Below are positions 15,706 through 23,715 of a stretch of DNA of 51,038 nucleotides, piece after piece. The notes under the pieces are model-generated. The model searched no databases. It was not told the origin of the DNA and saw nothing but the letters and a program-made list of their open reading frames with translations. The stretch is from a virus. Made by a program: the position numbers and the translations under genes. The stretch lies in the IMG/VR virus record IMGVR_UViG_3300036466_000132; one strand, given 5' to 3'. Each line of letters opens with the position of its first letter. The stretch's first letter is position 1.

Positions 15706-16184
15706 AGGTATTTGAGCGCCGGGGCGAATTTCGTGGTGTAGAGATCGCGCGGCCAGGCCACGTTGATTAGGTCGAAAAATCCGGCCTGAATCTGGATCTG
15801 CGTGCCGACGATCGAGCCACCCAGCACGCTCATGCGTAGCGGGCGCTCGGCCGGTGCAGAGAGATCGCTGGCCAGGTAGGTGCGGTACATCAGCGTCACG
15901 CGCTCCTGCGCCTCAAGCGCCGCGTCGATCTGCTGCTGCGCCTCCCCGGTCACGTTGTCGATCGCAAACGTCAGCGTCTGCGAGCCGCGGTTCGATTTCT
16001 CGGGGAGTGCGACATCGATGCCGGCTGCGAGGAACGTCAGCGCACGGCCGTCTTCGTCGATAACCGACCGGTTCTCGAACCCGTTGCAGATCAGGATCGG
16101 TTCAGCCCACGCGGCGCAGATCAGCTCGATAGTCGGGATGATCACGTCGCCGCCCGACGCATACACTCGCTCGAGAATGGTCAT
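15702..16184 (-). CDS. Minor tail protein (lambda L-like, DUF1833-type)
   Basis: Gene order and size. ATG 16184 overlaps the upstream stop (ATGA). The track start at 16196 is a GTG. Confidence 0.7.
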   Translation of the reverse strand: MTILERVYASGGDVIIPTIELICAAWAEPILICNGFENRSVIDEDGRALTFLAAGIDVALPEKSNRGSQTLTFAIDNVTGEAQQQIDAALEAQERVTLMYRTYLASDLSAPAERPLRMSVLGGSIVGTQIQIQAGFFDLINVAWPRDLYTTKFAPALKYL

Positions 16185-16645
16185 GCCTCTGGCCACTCCC
16201 TGTTGAGTGCAAGGTCGAGAATCGAAGGATCAAGGACGTACTGAGGGAGAAGCTGCCAGCCATCACTGAGCGTTTGCCGCTCGCGGATCTCCAGCCTGCA
16301 GCTGATGCGCCAGTAATCGGGGCCATCGAGGCGCGCGGTGTAGGCAGGCGATCCATCTGAACCCATGAAGCGCATCGTCGTCTGCCGGCCAGGCCCAGAT
16401 GTCTGAGCCCAGCCAGTGAACCACTCCTCGCCGTCCTTCAGTGACCAGCGGAACCAGGCCTCGAACAGCTCGAACTCTTTCTGAGGCATCCCCCAGGAAA
16501 GAGTCACGAAGCTCGGCACGCTGGTGTATTTGCGGCGCTGCCTAGCGCGGCCACTAACCATCGGAGTTCGCGTTAGGTTAGGCGCATGCTCGAGCGAGTA
16601 GCCGGACAGGTCGGGGTACGGCAGTTCTGATGGGTACTCGATCAT
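16181..16645 (-). CDS. Minor/distal tail protein (lambda M-like position)
   Basis: 154-aa ORF immediately after the tape measure gene, coupled by overlaps. Confidence 0.6.
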   Translation of the reverse strand: MIEYPSELPYPDLSGYSLEHAPNLTRTPMVSGRARQRRKYTSVPSFVTLSWGMPQKEFELFEAWFRWSLKDGEEWFTGWAQTSGPGRQTTMRFMGSDGSPAYTARLDGPDYWRISCRLEIRERQTLSDGWQLLPQYVLDPSILDLALNREWPEA

Positions 16646-18954
16646 CTGCCCGCCCTCTTCAGTCCATATGCCTGCTCAAGCGCAAGCGCCTCTGGCGTTC
16701 CGCCAGCCCTGATCTTCGCCACCCAGAGCTGCAGCACCTTTTCCCCGTCAGGCCCTGTCGTCTGCTCTACCTGCCCAGCTCTGGAGCTATCCTCGACGAG
16801 GTTTACGACGACGTTGCCGCCATCTGATGCGTTTCCAGGCCCTCCGCGCTGCTTGGTGTGGTCAATGACGGTTTCCTGCGGGTGCATCATCGCGAGGAAT
16901 CCGCCCTTTCCATCCAGGCCGCCGCTGCGAGGGCCGTTACCGGTGTAGCCGCCGCCATCGAACGAGAGCCCAACCGAGGCAATGTTCGAGACGAGGCCGG
17001 CCGTAGCCGCGGCCACGGACGCCATAGCGCCGAGGTTCAGCGGCCACGGGTTAGCCGCAGCAAGGGCAATGCCCTGCTGAATGGCAATCATCGATTGCGC
17101 GATAGCGAAAGCTTTCTGCGCGATGAACATCGCCTTGTAGATACCGGACTGCTCGCCGGCGAACTGCGCGGTGATATCGGCCAGGTTGCCGAACAGGTCC
17201 GTCGCGCTGGACAGCGAGACCTGATAGCGCGCCTGCTCGAGCTGTTCGACCTGCTGCTGGTGTTGCTCCTGAATGTTGCGAACGCGTTCGGCGTACTGCT
17301 CCTCGTTGATCGCTTTCGCCTCAAGGAATCCGCGCTGCTTTTCGAGCTCTGTCGCACGCCACTCCTCAAGCTGCGCGGCCTGCTCCTGCAGGCGCATGAA
17401 CTCGCTAGCGGCACCGCCGATTTCTGGCGAGACGACACCGGAGTTCGGCGCCTTGGTGACGCCTTCAACCGTCCCGGGAGCCTGGTCGGCGTTCATCTGC
17501 ACTTCGCGGATGCGGCGCAGCGTTTCCAGCCTCTGCAACGCCTCGACATTGCCCTGGCGTTCGTACTCGGCGATTTTCTCGGCGTACTCCAGCTGGAACT
17601 GCGCGTCATTGGCGGCGCGCAGCTGTCCTGACTCGCGCAGGATGTCGATGCGGATCTGCTCTTGCGCGGTCAACTCGCGCTTGGCTGCTAGTTCAGCCTT
17701 TAGCTGCGCCTGCAGAGCTTTTGAATTGCTGATTTCTTTTTCTACAACTCCCGTTCCGCTGCTAGCCATCCTGAGCGCCGGGCGCTGAGCCGCAGCTGCC
17801 GGAACAGGCGAACCACTGCCTGACTGAAGCGTTGAGGCAAGATCCGCGAGTTCGTATGCCTGGTCGAGCTGCCGCTTTACCTTGTCGTAGCTTTCCTTCG
17901 TGCTTCCGTAGATCGCGTATCCTGTTTCTCCGCGCTGCTCCATCTTGTTGAGCAGCTCTTGCAGGCGAGAGGCTTCCTGCTCGAGGCGGTCAATGTCATG
18001 CAAGCCGATCCCGTTGAACAGAACCGCCAGCTCTTCGGCCATCCACTGGACGGCACCAACGGTAGACGTCGCAGCCTCTACGACCCAGCCAAGTGCAGTT
18101 GCGATGCCGGCCGCGAGATCTTGGGCCGCTTTCACCGTCGCAGGATCGGACAGGATGTCGGCCAGTTTCATGATCTCGGCAGCAGCATTTGCCGAGGCGC
18201 CAGTGGTTTGGTCCATCTGCCCAACGAGTTGGACAAACGCATTGCCGACCGTAGTCATTGCGCCAGAAACAGTAGGCGCCAGCGTTGCGAACTGCTGGTC
18301 CAGCGCCTCTCCCTGGCTGAGCAGAGCGTCGACTACAGCCTGCGCAGAAATTTTCCCTTCAGCACCTAGTGCACGAAGCTGCCCTACGGTAACACCCATG
18401 CCGCGCGCCAAGGCTTGCGCCAGAGCGGGAGCATTCTCCAGCACCGAGTTCAGTTCCTCACCGCGCAGCTGGCCAGATGCGAACGCCTGCCCTAGCTGGG
18501 TAAGCGCACCCGCTGCCGCCGATGCTGATGTGCCTGAGACGGCAAGCGACTTGTTGATTACCTCAGTGATGCGGGCAACGCCGTCGCCGGTTAGGCCTAG
18601 CTCTTTCTGGTTGGTGGCGATGCGCTGGTAGAGCTCGGCCGTCTCGGTGAGCGGCTGCCTAGAATTCTGCGCGATGCGGAACAGATCTGCCTGAGCTTGC
18701 GCAAATTGCTCGGAACTCGCCGTTACCAAGCGCAAGCGGTTGTTGATTGTGGTGTATGCCTCAGCAGCTCTAACCACCTCGCGCACGCTGAAATAGGTGG
18801 CAAGAACGCCGCCAAGCTTCTTGAAGCTAGAAGTGAGGCCATCTGCCGCTGAACTCGCCTTACGCGCAGATCCAGGCAGCTTGTCCAGTTCGGCTCTCGC
18901 CTTTGCGGCTTGGGTGCTATCTACAGCCACGACCAACCGTGCGTATTCAGTCAT
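16642..18954 (-). CDS. Tail tape measure protein
   Basis: About 770 aa, Ala/Gln-rich and helical, between the chaperone and distal tail genes. ATG 18954 overlaps the upstream stop. The track start at 18966 is a TTG. Confidence 0.9.
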   Translation of the reverse strand: MTEYARLVVAVDSTQAAKARAELDKLPGSARKASSAADGLTSSFKKLGGVLATYFSVREVVRAAEAYTTINNRLRLVTASSEQFAQAQADLFRIAQNSRQPLTETAELYQRIATNQKELGLTGDGVARITEVINKSLAVSGTSASAAAGALTQLGQAFASGQLRGEELNSVLENAPALAQALARGMGVTVGQLRALGAEGKISAQAVVDALLSQGEALDQQFATLAPTVSGAMTTVGNAFVQLVGQMDQTTGASANAAAEIMKLADILSDPATVKAAQDLAAGIATALGWVVEAATSTVGAVQWMAEELAVLFNGIGLHDIDRLEQEASRLQELLNKMEQRGETGYAIYGSTKESYDKVKRQLDQAYELADLASTLQSGSGSPVPAAAAQRPALRMASSGTGVVEKEISNSKALQAQLKAELAAKRELTAQEQIRIDILRESGQLRAANDAQFQLEYAEKIAEYERQGNVEALQRLETLRRIREVQMNADQAPGTVEGVTKAPNSGVVSPEIGGAASEFMRLQEQAAQLEEWRATELEKQRGFLEAKAINEEQYAERVRNIQEQHQQQVEQLEQARYQVSLSSATDLFGNLADITAQFAGEQSGIYKAMFIAQKAFAIAQSMIAIQQGIALAAANPWPLNLGAMASVAAATAGLVSNIASVGLSFDGGGYTGNGPRSGGLDGKGGFLAMMHPQETVIDHTKQRGGPGNASDGGNVVVNLVEDSSRAGQVEQTTGPDGEKVLQLWVAKIRAGGTPEALALEQAYGLKRAGR

Positions 18955-19297
18955 GGCGTACCCCAAAGTGCATTGAATGGTTTTCAGCTATGCGCTCGAT
19001 CTGCCGGCGCAGACGCGGCGCTTCAATGAGCAGCTGGACTGGATCGATTTCGCTAGGCAGCGACCAGTCAGCTATGAGCGCAGCGGCGAGAGTGGCGCGG
19101 AGACGCCTAGTCTTCTGCTTTCCAGAATCATTCGAGCTATGCCCTGCGCCTTCTACAGCTCGCAACGAGGCCGCCTTGAACTCATCGCTTAGCACGGACC
19201 TGATGCGAATCCACTCCCGGCTACCTGCAGGGTCGGCAAAATAGACAACAATGCCCTTGCTGGCCCTCGTCTTCGTGTAGAAATCCTGCGGGCGCAT
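18947..19297 (-). CDS. Second tail-assembly-chaperone (G-like) paralog without a T extension
   Basis: MRPQDFYTKTRASKG...EWIRIRSVLSDEFKAA...AALIADWS...IEAPRL aligns with the G protein at 20256-20648. The GGAGAA SD favours ATG 19297. Confidence 0.6.
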   Translation of the reverse strand: MRPQDFYTKTRASKGIVVYFADPAGSREWIRIRSVLSDEFKAASLRAVEGAGHSSNDSGKQKTRRLRATLAAALIADWSLPSEIDPVQLLIEAPRLRRQIERIAENHSMHFGVRHD

Positions 19298-19313
19298 CTT
19301 TTCTCCGGGCATT

Positions 19314-19336
19314 AAAAAGCCCGCACTAGGCGGGCT
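19314..19336 (-). terminator. Intrinsic terminator closing the Imm/lipoprotein insert
   Basis: AGCCCGC-ctagt-GCGGGCT followed by TTTTT on the minus strand. Confidence 0.6.
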
Positions 19337-19353
19337 CTTATGTGTCTTTACGG

Positions 19354-19713
19354 TCAGTCGCGCTTGACTGCTCCGTTACCTTGGAACTCGGATATGTTGA
19401 AGCCATCCGGCTCCCACGATCCATTCGGCGACAGAACCATGATGGCGTCGAACTTGCTGCGCACCATGGCTCCGAACAGGTTTTGCGAATCCACGTAGCT
19501 GCTGATCAAGTACCTGCACCCGTCAGACTTATCCACGTGCGCTCCTTTTTCTCCTGCAATCGGGAAGGAAGCTGTCGCCGGCGCAACCAGTCGCTCTGCA
19601 ACCAGTGCCTGAGCTGCCATATACGCAGCGTCAGCGTCATTACAGACCTGCTCGCGCGCATCACAACCAGCCAGCCCAAGAACAGCAGCCGCACATACGA
19701 CAGAGAATCTCAT
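19354..19713 (-). CDS. Lipoprotein (insert gene)
   Basis: MRFSVVCAAAVLGLAGC has a signal peptide and a LAGC lipobox. Its ATG overlaps the upstream stop (ATGA). The longer 190-aa track ORF start is unlikely. Confidence 0.7.
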   Translation of the reverse strand: MRFSVVCAAAVLGLAGCDAREQVCNDADAAYMAAQALVAERLVAPATASFPIAGEKGAHVDKSDGCRYLISSYVDSQNLFGAMVRSKFDAIMVLSPNGSWEPDGFNISEFQGNGAVKRD

Positions 19714-19889
19714 TGCGGCTTGCTCGACGATGCTGACCACACGAGCGCGCCAACCCATCCAAGCAAAGTCCAACCGAGGAACAGGTTGAGCAGCATAATC
19801 GACGCCGCGTTGTGATGACCCCGCATGTAGGCGATCAGGCCGGGCAGGAAATAGGCGGCGACCATCACCGCCAACATGATGAACTCCAT
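19710..19889 (-). CDS. Superinfection-immunity (Imm-like) small membrane protein, 59 aa (not in ORF track)
   Basis: MEFIMLAVMVAAYFLPGLIAYMRGHHNAASIMLLNLFLGWTLLGWVGALVWSASSSKPQ carries the YFLP...R.H.N...I...N..LGWT..GW..AL.W signature of the Imm_superinfect family. Confidence 0.7.
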   Translation of the reverse strand: MEFIMLAVMVAAYFLPGLIAYMRGHHNAASIMLLNLFLGWTLLGWVGALVWSASSSKPQ

Positions 19890-19935
19890 AGGACGCGCTC
19901 CCTGTCAGAAAGCGCCAGAGTACCAAATCGGCGCC

Positions 19936-20648
19936 CTACTGACTCGCCACGCGATCCTCTACCGCAGCCAGCCGGCGCAGTAGCGTGACCTCGAACGGGA
20001 GTAGGCGGTGGCCGTACAGTTCGGACCAGGCCTTGATGTCTGCGAGCGAGCCGATCGGCCTGGCTGAGCAGTACCACTCCCAGACGTAGGCAAGCTCATC
20101 AGGGCACGGCGGGCCATCCAGGCGGGACGGACGCTTGCCGGTCTTCTCCGCAATGGCTTCCAGCTGCGCGCGGACGGTGATGCGCTTGTCCGGCCCTTTC
20201 TTCGGCCTCGGCCCAGCTGGTCGCAGCAGTCCAAGTTGATGCTCGGCGTGCGCGATCAGTCCTTCGGCGAGCCCGTCGAGCGTTTCCCAAAAAAACGGCG
20301 GCGATCACTCGCGAACCGGTCCACCTCGGTAGCGACGTATGGCGCCTCGCGCAGAAACTCCAGAAGCGCGGCCTCGGTGAACTCTGCATCGAATGACCAG
20401 CCGATCACGAGCGCGGCATTCAACTTGAGCCGTGCGGCCTCGGTTTTGTCCGCCTTTTCGTTCTCATCCTTCAGTGAGGCCAGGACTAACAGCTCGCGCC
20501 TGAAGTCGTCCAGCGCCACGCGGAACTGGTCGGAATCCACGCCGCGGATCAGCAGCCACTCATCCGTTGGCGTCCCGTCAGGCAGGGAGAGCGGCATGCG
20601 CTCCCCCTCGTTCGCCTTGGCCCGGGTGAAAAAGTCACTCGGTTTCAT
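19936..20648 (-). CDS. Tail assembly chaperone GT fusion made by a programmed -1 ribosomal frameshift at 20289-20295
   Basis: The -1 frame is open for 117 codons from the slip site to TAG 19936-19938. It has no ATG, and its only GTG lies four codons before the stop. It opens only 4 codons upstream of the slippery heptamer. Confidence 0.65.
20256..20648 (-). CDS. Tail assembly chaperone G (zero-frame product)
   Basis: Immediately after the major tail gene, with an AAGGGGG SD. It ends shortly after a T7 slippery run. Confidence 0.75.
   Translation of the reverse strand: MKPSDFFTRAKANEGERMPLSLPDGTPTDEWLLIRGVDSDQFRVALDDFRRELLVLASLKDENEKADKTEAARLKLNAALVIGWSFDAEFTEAALLEFLREAPYVATEVDRFASDRRRFFGKRSTGSPKD
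20289..20295 (-). promoter_or_regulatory. Slippery heptamer T_TTT_TTT (X_XXY_YYZ) for the G/GT -1 frameshift
   Basis: Zero-frame reading is cgT TTT TTT ggg. A7 on the plus strand at 20289-20295. Confidence 0.6.
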
Positions 20649-20658
20649 GCGAGCCCCC

Positions 20659-21822
20659 TTATGCCGGAATGCGGGTGATGGTGATCTCAGTGTCGACCGC
20701 CTGGTCATTGAATGCCCGGAAGTCGTAATTCTGGATGATCGGATCGTCGCCGCTGCCTTCCTCGCTCGAGGTCGTCAGCTTGGCCTGGGTCATGCTGATC
20801 TGATAGCTGTTCTCGCCATCGGTCAGGGTCACGACCAACGGGGTCTTGGTCTCGCCGAGGTACTTGTCCTTCAGGCGGTTGTCCTCGATGTAGGCGGACA
20901 GACTGCCGGAAACGTTGATGCGGCCCAGCTTGATGTCGTAGGCGTCGCGGCTGAACAGGCGGTAGATCGCCTCCATGCCGTTGTCCAGCGACAGGTTGAG
21001 CGCGGTCGCGTGGTTGAGGCCGGTACCGCCCTCGGTCAGCGACCCCTCGAAGGTCGTCATCATCACGGTTTCGGTCGGGTCGGCGATGCTCTCGGTCAGA
21101 GCATCGTAGACGTAAGGCTCTTCCTTGGTCCCAATCATGGAGAAGGTGATGCCGATCTTGCCCTGCAGCGGGCAGTCGATCGCAACGCTGCCGACTTCGC
21201 AGCCGCGGTAGATCAGCCAGCGGCCAATGTCCTCGTTGTGCTTGAGGATGGCGAACTTGCGGCGAGTGCTGCCGGTCTTCAGGGTGCCGCCGGTCGCGAT
21301 CGTAACGGAGGCACCCGCCAGCTCATCCACCAGGGTGACGGCGCCGCCGGCCAAGTCGGTGACGGTGATTTTGCCGGCTGCGACCGAAGCCACTTTGAAC
21401 TGACCATTGTTCGCAGCAGTTGCGAAGCCGCTTACCTTGACGACATCGCCAACCGCGAAGCCGGCAGTCACGAAGCCCGACGCGGAGTCGTTGAAGCTGT
21501 CGTCTGCGGCTGCGACCGAGAGAGTCGAAGCTGTGCGTGTCTTCACCTGCCAAGTGCCGTGGAAAGCCGCCTCCAGCAGCATATCGAAGGTGCCGTAGGT
21601 CAGCTCCGCCTCAAGGTCGCCGGCCACGCTGAAAACGCCGCTGCGGGACTCGGCCATGTGGCGGCCGGGCAACATCTCATCGGACTCCAACTCCTCGACC
21701 GACTGGCTCAGACCGTTGGTGATCAGGCGAAGCGGAATCCAGGCGACGGCCGGGTCGAGAGTGCCGCCGACACCCTCGATTTTGAGATATGTATTTTGGG
21801 AAACACCTACTGCATAGGCCAT
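20659..21822 (-). CDS. Major tail (tube) protein
   Basis: 387 aa with a GGAGAAAGC SD before ATG 21822. Position is upstream of G/GT and downstream of the tail terminator. Confidence 0.75.
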   Translation of the reverse strand: MAYAVGVSQNTYLKIEGVGGTLDPAVAWIPLRLITNGLSQSVEELESDEMLPGRHMAESRSGVFSVAGDLEAELTYGTFDMLLEAAFHGTWQVKTRTASTLSVAAADDSFNDSASGFVTAGFAVGDVVKVSGFATAANNGQFKVASVAAGKITVTDLAGGAVTLVDELAGASVTIATGGTLKTGSTRRKFAILKHNEDIGRWLIYRGCEVGSVAIDCPLQGKIGITFSMIGTKEEPYVYDALTESIADPTETVMMTTFEGSLTEGGTGLNHATALNLSLDNGMEAIYRLFSRDAYDIKLGRINVSGSLSAYIEDNRLKDKYLGETKTPLVVTLTDGENSYQISMTQAKLTTSSEEGSGDDPIIQNYDFRAFNDQAVDTEITITRIPA

Positions 21823-21841
21823 TTGCTTTCTCCAGAAATGC

Positions 21842-21862
21842 AAAAGCCCGCACTAGGCGGGC
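21842..21862 (-). terminator. Intrinsic terminator upstream of the major tail gene
   Basis: GCCCGC-ctagt-GCGGGC followed by TTTT on the minus strand. Same hairpin as at 19314. Confidence 0.55.
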
Positions 21863-21883
21863 CGCTATAAATTCTTGTGAAAC

Positions 21884-21912
21884 AAAAAGGGCGACCCTTT
21901 CGGAATCGCCCT
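21884..21912 (-). terminator. Second, tandem intrinsic terminator
   Basis: AGGGCGA...TCGCCCT stem followed by TTTTT on the minus strand. Confidence 0.55.
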
Positions 21913-22096
21913 ATATGTGCCGTTGTCGGCCCTTACCGCGCCTGACCTGACCTCACCTCAGCTCGCCGTAGCTTGCCTTGGCCGACCTTGCCCCGCTGGC
22001 TCTATCGTATCTCTGTGCCGACACGATTCGCAAGCTGTGTGATGCGCTCGGCGTAACCGTCATCTACCGCGTAGACGGTACCGAAATCAGCGGGCC

Positions 22097-22516
22097 TTAA
22101 CCGAACGCCCATGCGCTGCAATAAACGCTGACGCTGACCGACTGCCAGACATCCTCTTGGCGAATCTGAGAGCGCTCAGCGCGGCGGATCAGTACGCCCT
22201 GGCCTTGGTAGTCGAGGCGCTTGCCGGATGCGAAGAAAGCCAGCAGCGCGTCCACGTCAGCTAGTAGCCCAGCGTGGCCGGTGTTCTTTGGGTGAAATAC
22301 GTCGATCTGAAGAATGCCGGTCCACTCCTGCGCGGCGCTCTTACCTTGAGCCGCAGGGGCTCGACCAGTTGGCAAGCCGGTGAGGCGAGCCCAGCTCTGC
22401 CCGGTCGGCGGCGTGAAGGTCTTGCCCTCGAATGCCGTGCGTTCCACAGGCATGACGCCTGACGCGATGTAGGCCGACACCAGCGCTGAGTGGATTTTGG
22501 CTTCGCTCATCGTCAC
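22097..22516 (-). CDS. Tail terminator / tail completion protein (DUF4128-like)
   Basis: Position between the head-tail joining genes and the tail tube gene, and size. The start is either GTG 22516 or ATG 22510. Confidence 0.6.
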   Translation of the reverse strand: MTMSEAKIHSALVSAYIASGVMPVERTAFEGKTFTPPTGQSWARLTGLPTGRAPAAQGKSAAQEWTGILQIDVFHPKNTGHAGLLADVDALLAFFASGKRLDYQGQGVLIRRAERSQIRQEDVWQSVSVSVYCSAWAFG

Positions 22517-22959
22517 ACCCTGTTTTTTCGTATTGCCGCGTCAACCATGCGCTGTACGCGGTCCATGTTCTTGCGGACCATCGCGCCAGGGGGCGCCTGG
22601 GTCGACCAACCCATTTCCAGGCGCTCGATGTAGCTCAGGTTGCTGGTCAGGAACGTTACCTGGCCAGCGCCTTGCGGGGTTTTGCTCTCTGCGTCGGCCA
22701 CGGTTGCGCCGCCGCTGTCGTCTATCCGTTCGATATCACTTCCAGCCGGAGCGCCAACGGTGCATTGCCAGCTCCCGCGCGCCCTCCCGCCGACGTAGCC
22801 TGGCGGCGCCATGTCGGGGTTCTTCCACAGATCAGGGTTGCCCACTGGCGTAGCGAGGATGACGCCCCTGAACAGCTCCAGTGTCGCCGTGCGGGTAATC
22901 TTGTTGTGAGCATCGACCGTCTTAGCCGTGAAGCGCCGGATGTCATCGGAAAAGCTCAT
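22513..22959 (-). CDS. HK97 gp10-family head-tail joining protein
   Basis: MSFSDDIRRFTAKTVDAHNKITRTATLELFRGVILATPVGNPDLWK...GYVGGRARGSWQ is typical of the family. Confidence 0.7.
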   Translation of the reverse strand: MSFSDDIRRFTAKTVDAHNKITRTATLELFRGVILATPVGNPDLWKNPDMAPPGYVGGRARGSWQCTVGAPAGSDIERIDDSGGATVADAESKTPQGAGQVTFLTSNLSYIERLEMGWSTQAPPGAMVRKNMDRVQRMVDAAIRKNRV

Positions 22960-22960
22960 A

Positions 22961-23344
22961 TCAAGCCCTCAGCTGGACAACCCAGGTCGCGCCGGCCGGG
23001 TCTTTGCCAACCCGCTGCGCCCGCATGCCATTGATCATGTCGCCCACTGCAGGCGTGGCGATGACAGTTGTCCGCTCGCCGTTTTCAGTAATGAACAGCT
23101 CAGCCTGCAGCACGGTCAATTTCGTGTCAGTGGCGAGTATCAGACTGCCGTCGATCTCGTCATTGCGGTAGCTGCCGAGCACGCCGCGCCCCCCGTAGGA
23201 GATGGTCGAGGTTGAGTGCTCGCCGGTAACAGGATCGTATTGGCCGTCAATCTGCCTGGTGCCGACTAGCGCAGTAACCGCATCAGCAAGATCAGTATCG
23301 AATGCCTCCGCTAGATCCGCGGTCAGCTCGTCACGCAGCCCCAT
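22961..23344 (-). CDS. Head-closure / head-tail adaptor protein
   Basis: 127-aa ORF in the connector gene block. Assignment is by position only. Confidence 0.45.
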   Translation of the reverse strand: MGLRDELTADLAEAFDTDLADAVTALVGTRQIDGQYDPVTGEHSTSTISYGGRGVLGSYRNDEIDGSLILATDTKLTVLQAELFITENGERTTVIATPAVGDMINGMRAQRVGKDPAGATWVVQLRA

Positions 23345-23715
23345 CAGCCGCGCACCAGGCGAACTTGATTGCCAGGGCCGAGGTACGGAGCCAGCAGGGC
23401 CATCGCGAACGCCTCACCTGCGCTGATATTGCGAGAATTGCTTGCGTAGGTCTTGCTGCTCGACACTTCGCCAGCCGAAACAGACTTGCTCAGTACGCCT
23501 GTTTCGGTTGCCCCATAGAGTGCACCCGCAGCAGCCTCCCGCGCGATTTCCGCACCAGCCTGCACCACGGCAGCCGGAACCTCGGAAAACTCCGTCAGCG
23601 GCTTTGCGCTGAGCCAGGTGTTAGCCATCAGCACCGCGCGGGCCTTCTTGTCTTCGGTGGTCCAGTCGGACCCCAGCAGGCCGTCAACCTGCGCGATGGT
23701 GATGTACTCGGTCAT
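23344..23715 (-). CDS. Head-tail connector (gp6-like) protein
   Basis: 123-aa ORF following the capsid genes. Assignment is by position and size. Confidence 0.5.
   Translation of the reverse strand: MTEYITIAQVDGLLGSDWTTEDKKARAVLMANTWLSAKPLTEFSEVPAAVVQAGAEIAREAAAGALYGATETGVLSKSVSAGEVSSSKTYASNSRNISAGEAFAMALLAPYLGPGNQVRLVRG

Noticed and set aside
18947-19312. A second programmed frameshift in the G-like paralog.
   Set aside because: There is no X_XXY_YYZ heptamer in frame (CAC TTT GGG GTA does not fit). There is also no extended open alternative frame, because the tape-measure gene starts immediately.
20236-21870. 544-aa plus-strand ORF, the longest unexplained ORF in the track.
   Set aside because: It lies exactly antisense to the major tail protein and G chaperone genes. 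Its translation is low-complexity and rich in Arg, Ala, Gly and Val, as expected for a shadow ORF in high-GC DNA. The minus-strand genes have SDs, coupling and recognisable products.
21978-22100. Short plus-strand ORF ending ...ADTIRKLCDALGVTVIYRVDGTEISGP (HTH-like).
   Set aside because: It is only about 40 codons long with a TTG start and no SD, and it overlaps the stop of the minus-strand tail gene. At best it is a relic, and it is mentioned only in the spacer finding.
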